A stretch of DNA of 64,000 nt from an uncultured Phycisphaerales bacterium (GTDB lineage: Bacteria > Planctomycetota > Phycisphaerae > Tepidisphaerales > Tepidisphaeraceae): NCBI GenBank assembly GCA_963755915.1, contig CAVWLP010000002.1, forward strand, positions 2,592,001-2,656,000. The letters run 5' to 3'. Below the pieces are notes generated by a model. The model was not told where the DNA came from. It ran no database searches and was given only the letters and a program-made list of their open reading frames with translations. The translations under genes were made by a program, and so were the position numbers. This document shows, in pieces, positions 11,812 through 21,580 of the stretch; position 1 is the first letter of the stretch; each line of letters starts with the position of its first letter.

Positions 11812-12774
11812 ATGGAATACCGCGTCCTGGGCAATACGGGCCTGAAAATCTCGGCGTTAAGTTTCGGCGCATCATCGCTGGGCGGCGTCTTTCGCGACGT
11901 GAAGGAAGAAGAGGCCATCCGAGCCGTTCGTGTTTCGCTCGACAACGGAATCAATTTCATCGACACCTCCCCCTTTTACGGGCTGACGAAATCTGAAACG
12001 GTTCTGGGAAAGGCCCTGAAAGGCGTTCGCCGGGATCGGTACGTGCTGGCGACCAAGGTGGGCCGGTATGGCCAGGAAATGGCCGACTTCGATTTTTCGG
12101 CGAAGCGCGTGATTGCCGGCGTCGATGAAAGCCTGGCCCGCCTGGGCGTCGATCACGTCGATTTCATTCAAGCTCACGACATCGAGTTCGGCAACCTCGA
12201 CCAGGTCATCAGCGAAACGATTCCCGCGCTGCGGAAAGTGCAGGAAGCCGGCAAAGCGCGATTTGTGGGGGTGACTGGGCTGCCGATGAAATCCATCCGC
12301 CGGGTGGTTGAATCGGTCGCGGTCGACACGATTCTGAGCTACTGCCATTTCGAGCTGAACGACACGGCCCTGGCTGACCATATCCCGCTCTTTAAACGCT
12401 GCGGCGTGGGGATTATCAACGCCTCGCCGTTGGGAATGGGCCTGCTGAGCAACCGCGGCACGCCGGACTGGCATCCCGCGCCGAAAGAATTGAAAGAGGT
12501 CTGCGCGGGCGGCCGCGCATTGCAAGGCGCGGGCGCGAGCATCGAAAAGCTCGCGGTTCAATATTCCCTTTCGAATCCGGAAATCACCACGACGATCGTC
12601 GGCTCTGCCGACCCGGCCAACATGCTGCGCAACATCCAGTGGGCGGGGGAAGCGATCGACCGCAATCTGCTCGGCGAGGTGCTGGGGATTTTGAAACTGG
12701 TCCACAACCTCACCTGGATCTCCGGCGCGAGGAGAACAACTGACGTCGCGCGCAGTGCACGGAGGCGATTATGA
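11812..12774 (+). CDS. Aldo/keto reductase, L-galactose/L-fucose dehydrogenase-like
   Basis: LSFGASSLGG, GINFIDTSPFYG, LATKVGRYG and QAHDIEF motifs. The real end may be ...SGREENN* near 12743 (probable indel). Confidence 0.8.
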   Translation: MEYRVLGNTGLKISALSFGASSLGGVFRDVKEEEAIRAVRVSLDNGINFIDTSPFYGLTKSETVLGKALKGVRRDRYVLATKVGRYGQEMADFDFSAKRVIAGVDESLARLGVDHVDFIQAHDIEFGNLDQVISETIPALRKVQEAGKARFVGVTGLPMKSIRRVVESVAVDTILSYCHFELNDTALADHIPLFKRCGVGIINASPLGMGLLSNRGTPDWHPAPKELKEVCAGGRALQGAGASIEKLAVQYSLSNPEITTTIVGSADPANMLRNIQWAGEAIDRNLLGEVLGILKLVHNLTWISGARRTTDVARSARRRL

Positions 12775-13601
12775 TCATCGACTCACACAATCATTTCTGG
12801 AAATACGATCCGGCCGACTACGCGTGGATCGATGACTCGATGTCGATCATCCGCCGGGATTTTTTGCCCGCCGATCTGCGCGACCCGATGCAGGCCGCGG
12901 GCGTCGATGGCACAATTGCCGTGCAGGCGCGGCAATCCCTGGAAGAGACGCACTGGCTGCTGAACCTCGCGGCCGAGAATGCGTCGATTCGCGGAGTCGT
13001 CGGCTGGGTGCCGCTGGTTTCCGAGCATGTGCGGCGCGAATTGGAAACCGTGGGCGCCGACCCGAAACTGCGCGGCGTGCGTCACGTGCTGCAGGGCGAA
13101 TCCGAAGACCACTTCATGCTGCGCGACGATTTCAACCGCGGCGTGGGAATTCTCAAGGAATTCGGCCTTGCCTACGACATCCTGATCTTCGAGCGGCATC
13201 TGCCGGTCGCGGGGCGGTTCGTCGATCGCCATCCCGAGCAGATTTTCATCCTCGATCATCTGGCCAAGCCGAAGATCAAATCGGCCGAGCGCGAGCCCTG
13301 GGCGAAAAATTTGCAGGAGCTGGCCAAGCGCCCCAACGTCTATTGCAAGGCATCCGGAATTGTCACGGAAGCCGACTGGCAATCCTGGACCCCGCCGGGT
13401 TTGCGCGAATACTTCGACATCGCCCTGGAAGCGTTCGGACCCGATCGCATCATGGCGGGCTCCGATTGGCCCGTCTGCCTGGTCGCCTGCGGGTATAAGC
13501 GCTGGTGGGACATTCTTCGCGAATGGATTTCGGCACTGAGCGAAACGGAACAGTCAAAAATTCTCGGCGACAATGCCGTCAGGGCGTACAAACTGAAATG
13601 A
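12771..13601 (+). CDS. Amidohydrolase-2 family sugar lactonase (L-fucono/L-galactono-lactonase-like)
   Basis: IDSHNHFW, GVRHVLQ, ILDHLAKP, YCKASG and GSDWPV motifs. Confidence 0.85.
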   Translation: MIIDSHNHFWKYDPADYAWIDDSMSIIRRDFLPADLRDPMQAAGVDGTIAVQARQSLEETHWLLNLAAENASIRGVVGWVPLVSEHVRRELETVGADPKLRGVRHVLQGESEDHFMLRDDFNRGVGILKEFGLAYDILIFERHLPVAGRFVDRHPEQIFILDHLAKPKIKSAEREPWAKNLQELAKRPNVYCKASGIVTEADWQSWTPPGLREYFDIALEAFGPDRIMAGSDWPVCLVACGYKRWWDILREWISALSETEQSKILGDNAVRAYKLK

Positions 13602-14617
13602 AAACCATCGTCCTTGAAAAGCCCGGCGAGTTGCGACGAACGGAGACGACCGCGCCGGCGGATGTGCCGCGGGGAAATGCGCTGGTTCGCGTCGGCCGAA
13701 TCGGAATCTGCGGGACCGACTGGCACGCCTTCCGCGGCAAGCAGCCGTTCTTCACTTATCCGCGCGTGCTTGGGCACGAGCTGGGCGTCATCGTCGAATC
13801 GGTCAACGATGCCTCGACGGATCTGAAGCCGGGCGACAAATGCGTGGTCGAGCCCTATCTGAACTGCGGCGCCTGCATCGCCTGCCGGCGCGGCAAACCG
13901 AATTGCTGCGTGAACCTGAGAGTCATGGGCGTTCACGTCGACGGCGGGATGCGGGAGCAGATGATCGTGCCGGCAGCCAAGCTCCACCGCTCGAAAAGTT
14001 TGTCGCTGGAAGAGCTTGCCCTAGTCGAGCCGCTGGGCATCGGCTGCCATGCCGTGGATCGCGCCGGGATTTCCGCCGGCGAATGGGTGGCGGTTATCGG
14101 CGCAGGGCCGATTGGACTCTCGGTCATGCCGTTCGCGCGGGCGGCGGGGGCAAATGTCATCGTACTGGACATCAGTTCCACCCGGCTTGAGTTTTGCCGC
14201 AAGAGCATGGGCATCCAGCACACGATCGACGTCTCAACCGCCGATGCGCAAAGTGAATTGAAAAACCTCACCAGCGGCGATTTGCCGACGTGCGTCATCG
14301 ACGCAACGGGAAACGCTCAGTCGATGGCCCGGTGTTTCGAACTTGTCGGGGGCGGCGGTAGGATCGTCTTCGTCGGTTTGTTTCAGGGCGATCTGACCTT
14401 CAACGATCCGAATTTTCACCGCCGGGAATTGACCATCCTGGCATCGCGCAATTCCCGGCCCCAGGATTTCGAGAAGATCATCGGGATGGCCGAGCGCGGG
14501 GAAATCGATACTAGGCCCTGGATCACCCACCGCATTGGAATCGACGCCGTGCCGGACAAATTCGCGGCGCTGCTTGCGCCGGAATCGGGCGTGCTCAAGG
14601 CGATCATCGAAGTCTGA
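13598..14617 (+). CDS. Zinc-binding alcohol dehydrogenase, L-galactonate 5-dehydrogenase (LgoD/YjjN)-like
   Basis: GICGTD, YPRVLGHE, CGACIAC...NCC, GAGPIG and FHRRELTILASRN motifs; ATGA overlap with the preceding gene. Confidence 0.85.
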   Translation: MKTIVLEKPGELRRTETTAPADVPRGNALVRVGRIGICGTDWHAFRGKQPFFTYPRVLGHELGVIVESVNDASTDLKPGDKCVVEPYLNCGACIACRRGKPNCCVNLRVMGVHVDGGMREQMIVPAAKLHRSKSLSLEELALVEPLGIGCHAVDRAGISAGEWVAVIGAGPIGLSVMPFARAAGANVIVLDISSTRLEFCRKSMGIQHTIDVSTADAQSELKNLTSGDLPTCVIDATGNAQSMARCFELVGGGGRIVFVGLFQGDLTFNDPNFHRRELTILASRNSRPQDFEKIIGMAERGEIDTRPWITHRIGIDAVPDKFAALLAPESGVLKAIIEV

Positions 14618-14623
14618 TCCAAC

Positions 14624-15531
14624 TCACTCATGCGGGGGCGGCAAGGTTCCAAGCACTGAGACCACCGCGATGATCGCGATCGCGCAGATGATCTCGATGA
14701 GAGTCGTGATCTGCATCAGCAGCGCCGCTCGCGACGGATTCGGATGACGAGCGGCCATTCGCGGTTTCAGCAGCAGCAGGTTCACGGCCCCGATCGCAAC
14801 GGCGACGGAGAAAATGCAAATCTTTTCGAGCAACGTGCGGCCGTAGGCGGTTTTGGAGAGATCACTGAGGGAATTCAGCATGAAGCAGGAGTTCAGCAGG
14901 CCGGACGCGATAAGCCCTGCGACGCTGAGAAGGCTCATCATGGAAAAACGCCGGGTGATTTTTGCGAGCGATTGCCACTGTGCGCCGCGGCGGAGGCTCC
15001 AGAGCATCAGGGCAAACGGGATTAGCCCGATTGGCCACGCCGCGGCGATCAGCAGGTGCAGGCTGTCAGCGAGAAGGTGCAACCGATTCGATCCGTACCG
15101 TCCATGGCCGGACCAGGCCAGGCTCCCAAGCAGGATCACGCCAAGCAGAGTGACAAGAAGGCGTCTCAATTTCGGCGGCCGCAAGACGAGGGAAATCGAA
15201 AGCCCGATGAAGACAACGGAGCGCAATTGCCAAAGCTGGCCGAATTTTGTATCCCGCCAGACCATTCCCATGATGTGGGGCTGCATCGCTTGCTCGAATG
15301 GGAATCCGCTCATTCCCATCACGATCAATGCGAACCACATCACGCCCGACAGCGCCGCCGCCGGCAGGCGCAAAACACAAGCCATCGCTCGATTTTTGCC
15401 CACGCCGCCGGCGGCGAGCCGATTTCGCCGCGCATCACCAGCAAATCAAGCCAGCAGACCGACACGAGCAGCAGGCACGCGCCAAAATGAACGGCCCGCG
15501 CGATCACCAGCGGCAAATCGCTCTGATTCAT
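14624..15531 (-). CDS. copD: Copper resistance inner-membrane protein CopD (one frameshift near 15370)
   Basis: ARAVHFGA, TKFGQLW, WSGH, LHLLIAAAWPIGL, RRFS and TAYGRTL motifs; directly downstream of copC. Confidence 0.85.
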
Positions 15532-15534
15532 CGA

Positions 15535-15905
15535 TCACTTCCCCGCTTTGACGGTGAATTTAAAATCTCCCTGCGTGTGGTGCGTATCGACCGATACGAC
15601 TTTCCAGGAGACCGAATATTCGCCGTCGGGAAGACTCGGCAGCGAGACAATCAGTAGCTTCTCGTCGTCGCTATCGACGTGCGAATCCTGCTTGTCCACC
15701 TCCTTTCCGTGGCTGTCGGTCACTTCGATCACGCTGAAATCCGGCTCGATTTCCTGCGTGTACCAGATTTTCACGACGGTCGGCGAAACGCTCACGACTG
15801 ACCCGACTTTCGGATCGGCATGATCCAGAAACGCATGCGCCGAGCGCCGGGGGAAAGGATCAGCAACGCCGAAATCGCGAGGGTTGGGAGCAATGAAGTT
15901 TTCAT
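15535..15905 (-). CDS. copC: Periplasmic copper-binding protein CopC (frameshift in signal peptide)
   Basis: Mature N-terminus HAFLDHADP, GEYSVSWKVVSVDTH...G.FKFTV; ATG at 15905 gives the signal peptide MKTSLLPTLAISALL. Confidence 0.9.
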
Positions 15906-15907
15906 AA

Positions 15908-16816
15908 TTAGTCCTTTCCAAAAATGGGATTGCCAAAGATTTTGGGAAACAGATCGTCGATAAAAATCCAGGTGTTAAGGACGAAGCCAACGTTTGAACC
16001 GCTTTTGCCATTGACCGGAATAACCGCCTCGACACCCAATTCGCAAACGGGCGTCTCCCAAAGAACGCCGGGGTTGATCGTGCCGGTGGTGAAGCCGCGG
16101 TTGCCGCGGTTTTCATTGGTAGCCAGGTTGAATTCGACGAGTGGGATCATGTCTTTGAAGGGCTCCGGCAGGCCGACGTCCTTCACGTTCTCCTGAAGAT
16201 AGGGCAGGCTGTATTCGACGGCGAAACCCCACTGAAACTGGTTGGCATCGCTGGCGAGCGTGGGAAAGGTCTGCCCCAGGACGCCCGTGACAGCCAGCGG
16301 CCTGAGGAAGTCGACCGAGTCGGGCAAATCGCCAAAGCCCTTCCCAAAGTAGAATGTTGGGGTAAGGATCGAAGATGGATCAGCCACGTTGGAGCTGCCG
16401 GTCTTGCCAAGGTCGCTGACCAATCCCACGGAAACGATTGCTTCATGGGGGTCGTTTTGCCAGAGCTGGTACTTGGCGGAGATCTCGATGTCGTCCCAGC
16501 CATAATTCGAAGGTTGGCCTCGGCCGCTTTGGGAAACGTAATCATCCGAGATTCCAATGGCGAAATGGGGGAGAATCTCTTTGTCGAATTCCATGCCCCA
16601 GTCCGTTTCACGGCTGCCGGGGACTCCATCGTCGGCTGGGTCGCCAAAGGCTGTGAAGGAGGGAAGATCCAGCTCGTCTACTGCGAACGGATCGTCTGTA
16701 GCAATCGTCGGCGGAAAAAAACGGTCGCCGACAAAACCGTGCGCGGAGCAAAAGACGGGACAAGCCAGCAGCACGGCCAGCGCAATGGCCGCGGCGGCGG
16801 ATCGTTTGGCAAACAT
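15908..16816 (-). CDS. Exported, probable outer-membrane beta-barrel protein co-transcribed with copCD
   Basis: Signal peptide ending CSA|H; HGFVGDRFFPPT...DDP; alternating aromatic/hydrophobic strands; 2-nt gap to copC. Confidence 0.6.
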   Translation of the reverse strand: MFAKRSAAAAIALAVLLACPVFCSAHGFVGDRFFPPTIATDDPFAVDELDLPSFTAFGDPADDGVPGSRETDWGMEFDKEILPHFAIGISDDYVSQSGRGQPSNYGWDDIEISAKYQLWQNDPHEAIVSVGLVSDLGKTGSSNVADPSSILTPTFYFGKGFGDLPDSVDFLRPLAVTGVLGQTFPTLASDANQFQWGFAVEYSLPYLQENVKDVGLPEPFKDMIPLVEFNLATNENRGNRGFTTGTINPGVLWETPVCELGVEAVIPVNGKSGSNVGFVLNTWIFIDDLFPKIFGNPIFGKD

Positions 16817-16880
16817 GTGAAGATGCCTTGGCGCAGGCGCCGGTAAGACAATCGTCAGTGCGAAATCGCGATGAGATGGA

Positions 16881-17243
16881 TCAGACGATGGCTGGCGGGC
16901 CGCGACCGTCGAAGGGGATCAGGGTGATGCGGGCAATCGCTCGCCGCGCTATTTCCGCCTCGGCGGGGCCGAGAAGCTTCAGCGGTGGGGGGGTGAAATC
17001 GACTGCTGGCGGCACGCTCAGGTGGGCCGCGAAATTGCAGATCGCGCAAGTGCTTGCGGGGCCGCCCTGGGGATCGTGCTTTGGATCACCAGGATGAGAA
17101 GGTGTCGCCTCCCCGCAGCAGCAGCAGGGGCAGACGGCTGCCCCGGGCATTTGGACGATGCCCCGCCTATGGCCCGGTACGATGACGTTGAGCCAGATCG
17201 CTTCGAAGATTGCCAGGGCGATGCAAAGCCCCCGCTGGCGCAT
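16881..17243 (-). CDS. Small Cys-rich DUF2946-like leader protein with C-terminal RGPP motif
   Basis: N-terminal hydrophobic segment, CPCCCC, CAIC (CxxC), Pro-rich linker and ...FDGRGPPAIV*; sits 64 nt upstream of the copper operon. Confidence 0.7.
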   Translation of the reverse strand: MRQRGLCIALAIFEAIWLNVIVPGHRRGIVQMPGAAVCPCCCCGEATPSHPGDPKHDPQGGPASTCAICNFAAHLSVPPAVDFTPPPLKLLGPAEAEIARRAIARITLIPFDGRGPPAIV

Positions 17244-17279
17244 GGGCCCAAAGCCTAACCCGTGTTGATTGAAAAGCAA

Positions 17280-19049
17280 TTAAGCGCGCCGGCGGCGACA
17301 GACCAGGATCAATCCGCCGGCGGCCAGAATTCCCACGGAAATTGGCTCGGGCACGTCGGCGGTGAGGCCATTGGCGATGGCGAACTGGTCGAGGGCCTGG
17401 ACATCCGCGCCGCTGTCGCCCTGGCCGAAGTTGGCCGCGAGGGCGCTGAAATCGGATCCGTTCACGCTGGAGGTGAAGAGGAAATTGCCCTGGTCCCAGT
17501 TGGTGGCGCCGGATCCGAAGTTGGCGGCGAGGATGCTGAAGTCTGAGCCGTTCACGGAGCCGTCGAGGTTCGCGTCGCCGAGCAGGGTATATTTCAGCTC
17601 GATCTGGCCGCTGCTCAGGCCCGTGACGACTTTGTCGGCGCCGTCGGCGAAGCCGATGCCATAGTGGCTGTTGGCTGCCGCGGCGGAGCTGATGATTCCC
17701 GGGCCGTTCCAGTGTCCGTTATTGAATCCGGTGAGGAGATATCCGCGGATGGCGGCGATCGGATCGCTGCCGCTGGTGTAATTGAGGATGATGTGGTTGT
17801 TTTCGATATCGAGCGCGGCGGTTGAGGCGATGGTGAGCGACGAGAAGGTTTCCAGGCCGGTGTTGGTCGCGAGTTGGACGAGGGCGGAATTGTTGATCGT
17901 CAGGGGCTCATTTGTCGAGAGGGCGTTCTGGGCGGCGACGATCAGATCTCCGGCGTCCACGATGGTTCCGCCGGTGAAACTGTTTTTCGTGGAGATCGTC
18001 AGGGTGCTGGTTCCCTCCTTGAGGATGTTGGCTCTTCCGCTGATCGCGCCGGTTCCGGTGATGGTAAAGTTATTGGTGTTGCTGTTTACCGTGACGAGAT
18101 CGGGAGAGACGGTGGTGTTGAGGGTTACGCTGGTGGGAATGCCGGCGCCGTCGGCGAAGGTGACGAAATCGGGGTCGGCGTAGGTGGTGCTGGAGCCGTT
18201 GGTCCAGTTGGCGGTGCCGGTGTTCCAGGCGGCGCTTGAGCTTCCGGTCCAGGTGATGGAGGGGGCGATGTAGACTGCCAATACGCTGGAGTCGAACGTC
18301 GTATTGTTGGGGATTCCAGTTTGGCCATAGGTTGGGTCATTGGCGGGAGAGCTTGTCTCGTAGTACCAATCGTTCACTCCACCACCCTGGGTAACAAGGG
18401 GCTCAAGTCCAACGAGGCCTGTACTGACAGTCTGATATTGCAACTGGCTGAAAAACGCGCTGGCCGCGCTGGGGGAGGCCGTCGCGCCGCCCCACAACGC
18501 CAGGCGTTGAATGCCCGATGGAGTCTGCGAACTCGGCGAGGTGTAAGTTAGTTGGTAGATGAACTGGTTATCTACTCCCACCATTCCGTTGCCCGCTTCG
18601 ACGTCCCCGGTTTCGGTAATCGTATTTGAAGAGACGTTCTGGAGGACATCGGTGGCGTCGTATAAGCCACTGCCGAGACTAGCCCCCAAGACCGGCGCAA
18701 GCATCGATGCGGTCGTATCGGTCGACGCAACCTCGTATTGGCAACTGGCCAGCCCGAGATACGCCGGTTGTCCCGGATCCGCCGCGTCGCCATTCACGTT
18801 TCCGGCCAGGATAGTAGATACGCCGAATTCAAAATAATCGCCCAAAGGAACGAAGACGGTCGGCGAAGTCGGCGAGAGGGAGACGGTCTGGGCGCCGCTG
18901 AATGACGAATTCGTGGAGATTTCCCCGGAGATGAAGTAAGTGCCAAGCGTAACCTGCCCATCGGCGGTACGGGCGTAAAGTCCGGCAACACTTGCGACAG
19001 CAAGAGACAAAGCGGTCCTAGATAAAGTCGCCTTGGGGGACTTGCGCAT
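17280..19049 (-). CDS. PEP-CTERM surface protein: putative cohesin-like N-terminal domain, autotransporter-associated beta-strand repeat, dockerin-like module
   Basis: Signal peptide; LKEGTSTLTISTKNSFTGGT repeat; YTLLGDANLDGSVNGSDF; VPEP-TM-RRRR tail. Confidence 0.8.
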   Translation of the reverse strand: MRKSPKATLSRTALSLAVASVAGLYARTADGQVTLGTYFISGEISTNSSFSGAQTVSLSPTSPTVFVPLGDYFEFGVSTILAGNVNGDAADPGQPAYLGLASCQYEVASTDTTASMLAPVLGASLGSGLYDATDVLQNVSSNTITETGDVEAGNGMVGVDNQFIYQLTYTSPSSQTPSGIQRLALWGGATASPSAASAFFSQLQYQTVSTGLVGLEPLVTQGGGVNDWYYETSSPANDPTYGQTGIPNNTTFDSSVLAVYIAPSITWTGSSSAAWNTGTANWTNGSSTTYADPDFVTFADGAGIPTSVTLNTTVSPDLVTVNSNTNNFTITGTGAISGRANILKEGTSTLTISTKNSFTGGTIVDAGDLIVAAQNALSTNEPLTINNSALVQLATNTGLETFSSLTIASTAALDIENNHIILNYTSGSDPIAAIRGYLLTGFNNGHWNGPGIISSAAAANSHYGIGFADGADKVVTGLSSGQIELKYTLLGDANLDGSVNGSDFSILAANFGSGATNWDQGNFLFTSSVNGSDFSALAANFGQGDSGADVQALDQFAIANGLTADVPEPISVGILAAGGLILVCRRRRA

Positions 19050-19312
19050 CCTCACACTCTCCGCGATTGGGTTATTATACCCGTAAAAGTGGGCTGGGGG
19101 CGGGGCTTAACGTCCTCAAAACCGAATGGGAATCTGGGTAAGCACGTTTCTCCAACTCGGCAGGTTATCGAACACCAACCTCAACCTTTTTGGCTGAAAA
19201 ACCCCCAAAATTTATGCAAATCTTCATGCCGCATTGAGGTTCATGAGGTATGCTGGCGAACCCCGCTGCTCGGGCATAAGTAACATTCGGCGGGGATTGG
19301 CGGAACAGAGAA

Positions 19313-21181
19313 ATGCACGGCGTTTTTGTACACCGGTCGCGGGGCCTCCATCCACGGCGCCGCGCGGTTATTCCCAGATTCCTGAAACTCGCCTGCCCGG
19401 CGATCGCGCTGGTGGATCTCGGTGCATCCGCTGCAAGTGCCTTAACCGAATCCACGAACTGGTCGGGCTATGCCGCCACGTCCGGCACTGCCTTTACCGA
19501 TGTTTCGGATACCTTCGTGGTTCCGTCGCTGACGGCGCCTTCGTCGGGGACGAGTTATTCATCGTTTTGGGTCGGTCTGGACGGGGCAACGGGCACGTTG
19601 GATCCGACGGTGGAGCAGTGTGGTATCCAGGGAACGATCAGCGCGGGGCAGTCTTCCGGGACATATTACCCGTGGTTCGAATTTGCCCCAGCCGGCCAGG
19701 AGGAGATCGAAAACTTCAGCATTAATGCCGGCGATACGATCCATCTGGATGCGACCTATGAACCCTCCGAGAGCACGACTGGAAATTACGCGTATTTGTT
19801 CGACATAGACGACGAGTCGACCGGCCAGTCGTTCGACCAGACGGAGTTCACTTCGACTGAGGATCAGCGTTCCTCGGCGGAATGGATCGCTGAGGCGACA
19901 TCGCTGAAGCAGGGCACGATGGTTGTGGTGCAAACCCTGGCCAACTTTGGGAGCGTGACATTAACGAACTGCGTGGCAGCGCTTAATGGGGGAGCCGACC
20001 AGTCGGCGGCATCGCTTGGCGGCACCGGATACGAAATAATCCAGGCAAATGAAGTGGTGGCGATTCCCAGCAATCTGAATTCGACCGGCGAGATATTCAC
20101 GGATTACTGCGCGTCAAGCCTGCCGAACCTGGTTTGGAAGGATTCCACCGGAAATAAGCAATGGGATTTAACCAGTGCGAACTGGAATGACGGGACGGCC
20201 ACCACGGCTTACGGGGATGCCTGCCCGGTTACGTTTAACGACAGCAACGGGGGCAGCGGAAATTATGCGGTGACCCTCAACGCCCTGGTAAGCCCGGCAT
20301 CGGTGACTGTCAGCAACAGTTCGGGCAATTACGTGATCAGCGGCTCCGGGGGAATTGCCGGCGGGGCGGCGCTGAGCAAGTCCGGGTCGGATACGATCAC
20401 GCTTGATACGGCGAACTCGTTTACCGGAGGCGTGACTGTCAGTGCCGGGACGCTGGTGGCGGGCGTGAGCGGGGCACTGCCGGATGGGGCGGTGAAGATT
20501 ACCGGTGGTACGCTGCGGCTGGGCACTAACACCGGTAACCCGACAGTTTCGTCGCTGTCGATTTCCAGCGGGGAGATGGACATTGGCAACAACACGCTGT
20601 TCATCACGTACGGATCGAGCGATCCGATTTCGACGATCGCGGGGTATATCAAGACGGGATATAACTCCGGCAACTGGAACGGGACCGGGATTATCTCCTC
20701 CAGCGCCCGGACAAAAACCAACGGCCTGGTGTATGGCGTGGGGTGGGCGGATGGAAAGGATAATGTAGTCAGCGGGTTGAATTCGGGGACGATCGAGTTG
20801 AAATACACGCTGCTGGGGGATGCGAATCTGGATGGGACGGTGAACGGGAGCGATTTCAGCATCCTCGCGGCGAATTTTGGTTTGGGGGTGACGAACTGGG
20901 ACCAGGGTAATTTTTTGTTTTCGTCTTCGGTGAATGGGTCGGATTTTTCGGCGTTGGCGGCGAATTTTGGGCAGGGGGATTCCGGGGCGGATGTGGGCGT
21001 TTCTGTGGCCGACATTGCGGCGCTGGATGTGTTTGCGGAGGCAAATGGGTTGGCGTTGCCGAGCATAGGGGTGGTGCCGGAGCCTGTTAGCGCCGGGATA
21101 GTGATCCTGTCCGGACTTGGCATGCTGGCCCTGCGGCGGCGGCGCGGACGAGCCGGGCGAATTAGCCCGAATCAACTTTGA
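19313..21181 (+). CDS. G1-family (scytalidoglutamic-type) glutamic peptidase with dockerin-like module and PEP-CTERM
   Basis: STNWSGYA, SSFWVGLDG, VEQCG (catalytic Gln) and SSAEWIAE (catalytic Glu) motifs; conserved C-terminal module. Confidence 0.85.
   Translation: MHGVFVHRSRGLHPRRRAVIPRFLKLACPAIALVDLGASAASALTESTNWSGYAATSGTAFTDVSDTFVVPSLTAPSSGTSYSSFWVGLDGATGTLDPTVEQCGIQGTISAGQSSGTYYPWFEFAPAGQEEIENFSINAGDTIHLDATYEPSESTTGNYAYLFDIDDESTGQSFDQTEFTSTEDQRSSAEWIAEATSLKQGTMVVVQTLANFGSVTLTNCVAALNGGADQSAASLGGTGYEIIQANEVVAIPSNLNSTGEIFTDYCASSLPNLVWKDSTGNKQWDLTSANWNDGTATTAYGDACPVTFNDSNGGSGNYAVTLNALVSPASVTVSNSSGNYVISGSGGIAGGAALSKSGSDTITLDTANSFTGGVTVSAGTLVAGVSGALPDGAVKITGGTLRLGTNTGNPTVSSLSISSGEMDIGNNTLFITYGSSDPISTIAGYIKTGYNSGNWNGTGIISSSARTKTNGLVYGVGWADGKDNVVSGLNSGTIELKYTLLGDANLDGTVNGSDFSILAANFGLGVTNWDQGNFLFSSSVNGSDFSALAANFGQGDSGADVGVSVADIAALDVFAEANGLALPSIGVVPEPVSAGIVILSGLGMLALRRRRGRAGRISPNQL
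20795..21085 (+). repeat. Representative copy of the dispersed dockerin-like/PEP module core (ELKYTLLG...PEP)
   Basis: 291-nt copies at 20795, 26261, 29037, 32945, 42878, 45931 and 50406; shorter copies at 4247-4516, 17343-17600 (minus strand) and 22004-22204. Confidence 0.9.
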
Positions 21182-21580
21182 TTCAGCGCCAGTGGAATCG
21201 GCGATCCGGCAGGCAGCCGCCAAATGGTGGCGAATTCGCGGTCATAGGTCCACACCCGGCAGTTTCGGATTCGCCCGGCGAGAACGGCGTCCGTCCAATC
21301 GGGATCGTGGTCCGCGTATTTCAGCAGCCAGGAAAATACATCCGTCCAGAATCCCGGGTCTGCGGTAGCTGGACACGGCTGAAAACTGAGGGCCTCGATC
21401 ACGGCGCAAGCACGCCCGTCCCGGTTGTGAGACGACCAGCGCCAGCGCCTCGGTCAAAACCTCCTGGGTCAGCATCATCGGGTGTGGGACCAGCCGCCGA
21501 AGATCGGATATTGCTCTGCGGTTCAGCGCATCCCGCGGATTGGATAGAGCCACCAGTACGTTGGTGTCGAGGAGGATCAT
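21172..21580 (-). CDS. vapC: PIN-domain toxin (VapC-like), frameshift near 21400
   Basis: MILLDTNVLVAL, VLTE, DWTDAVL and WTYDREF acidic PIN motifs across two frames. Confidence 0.85.
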
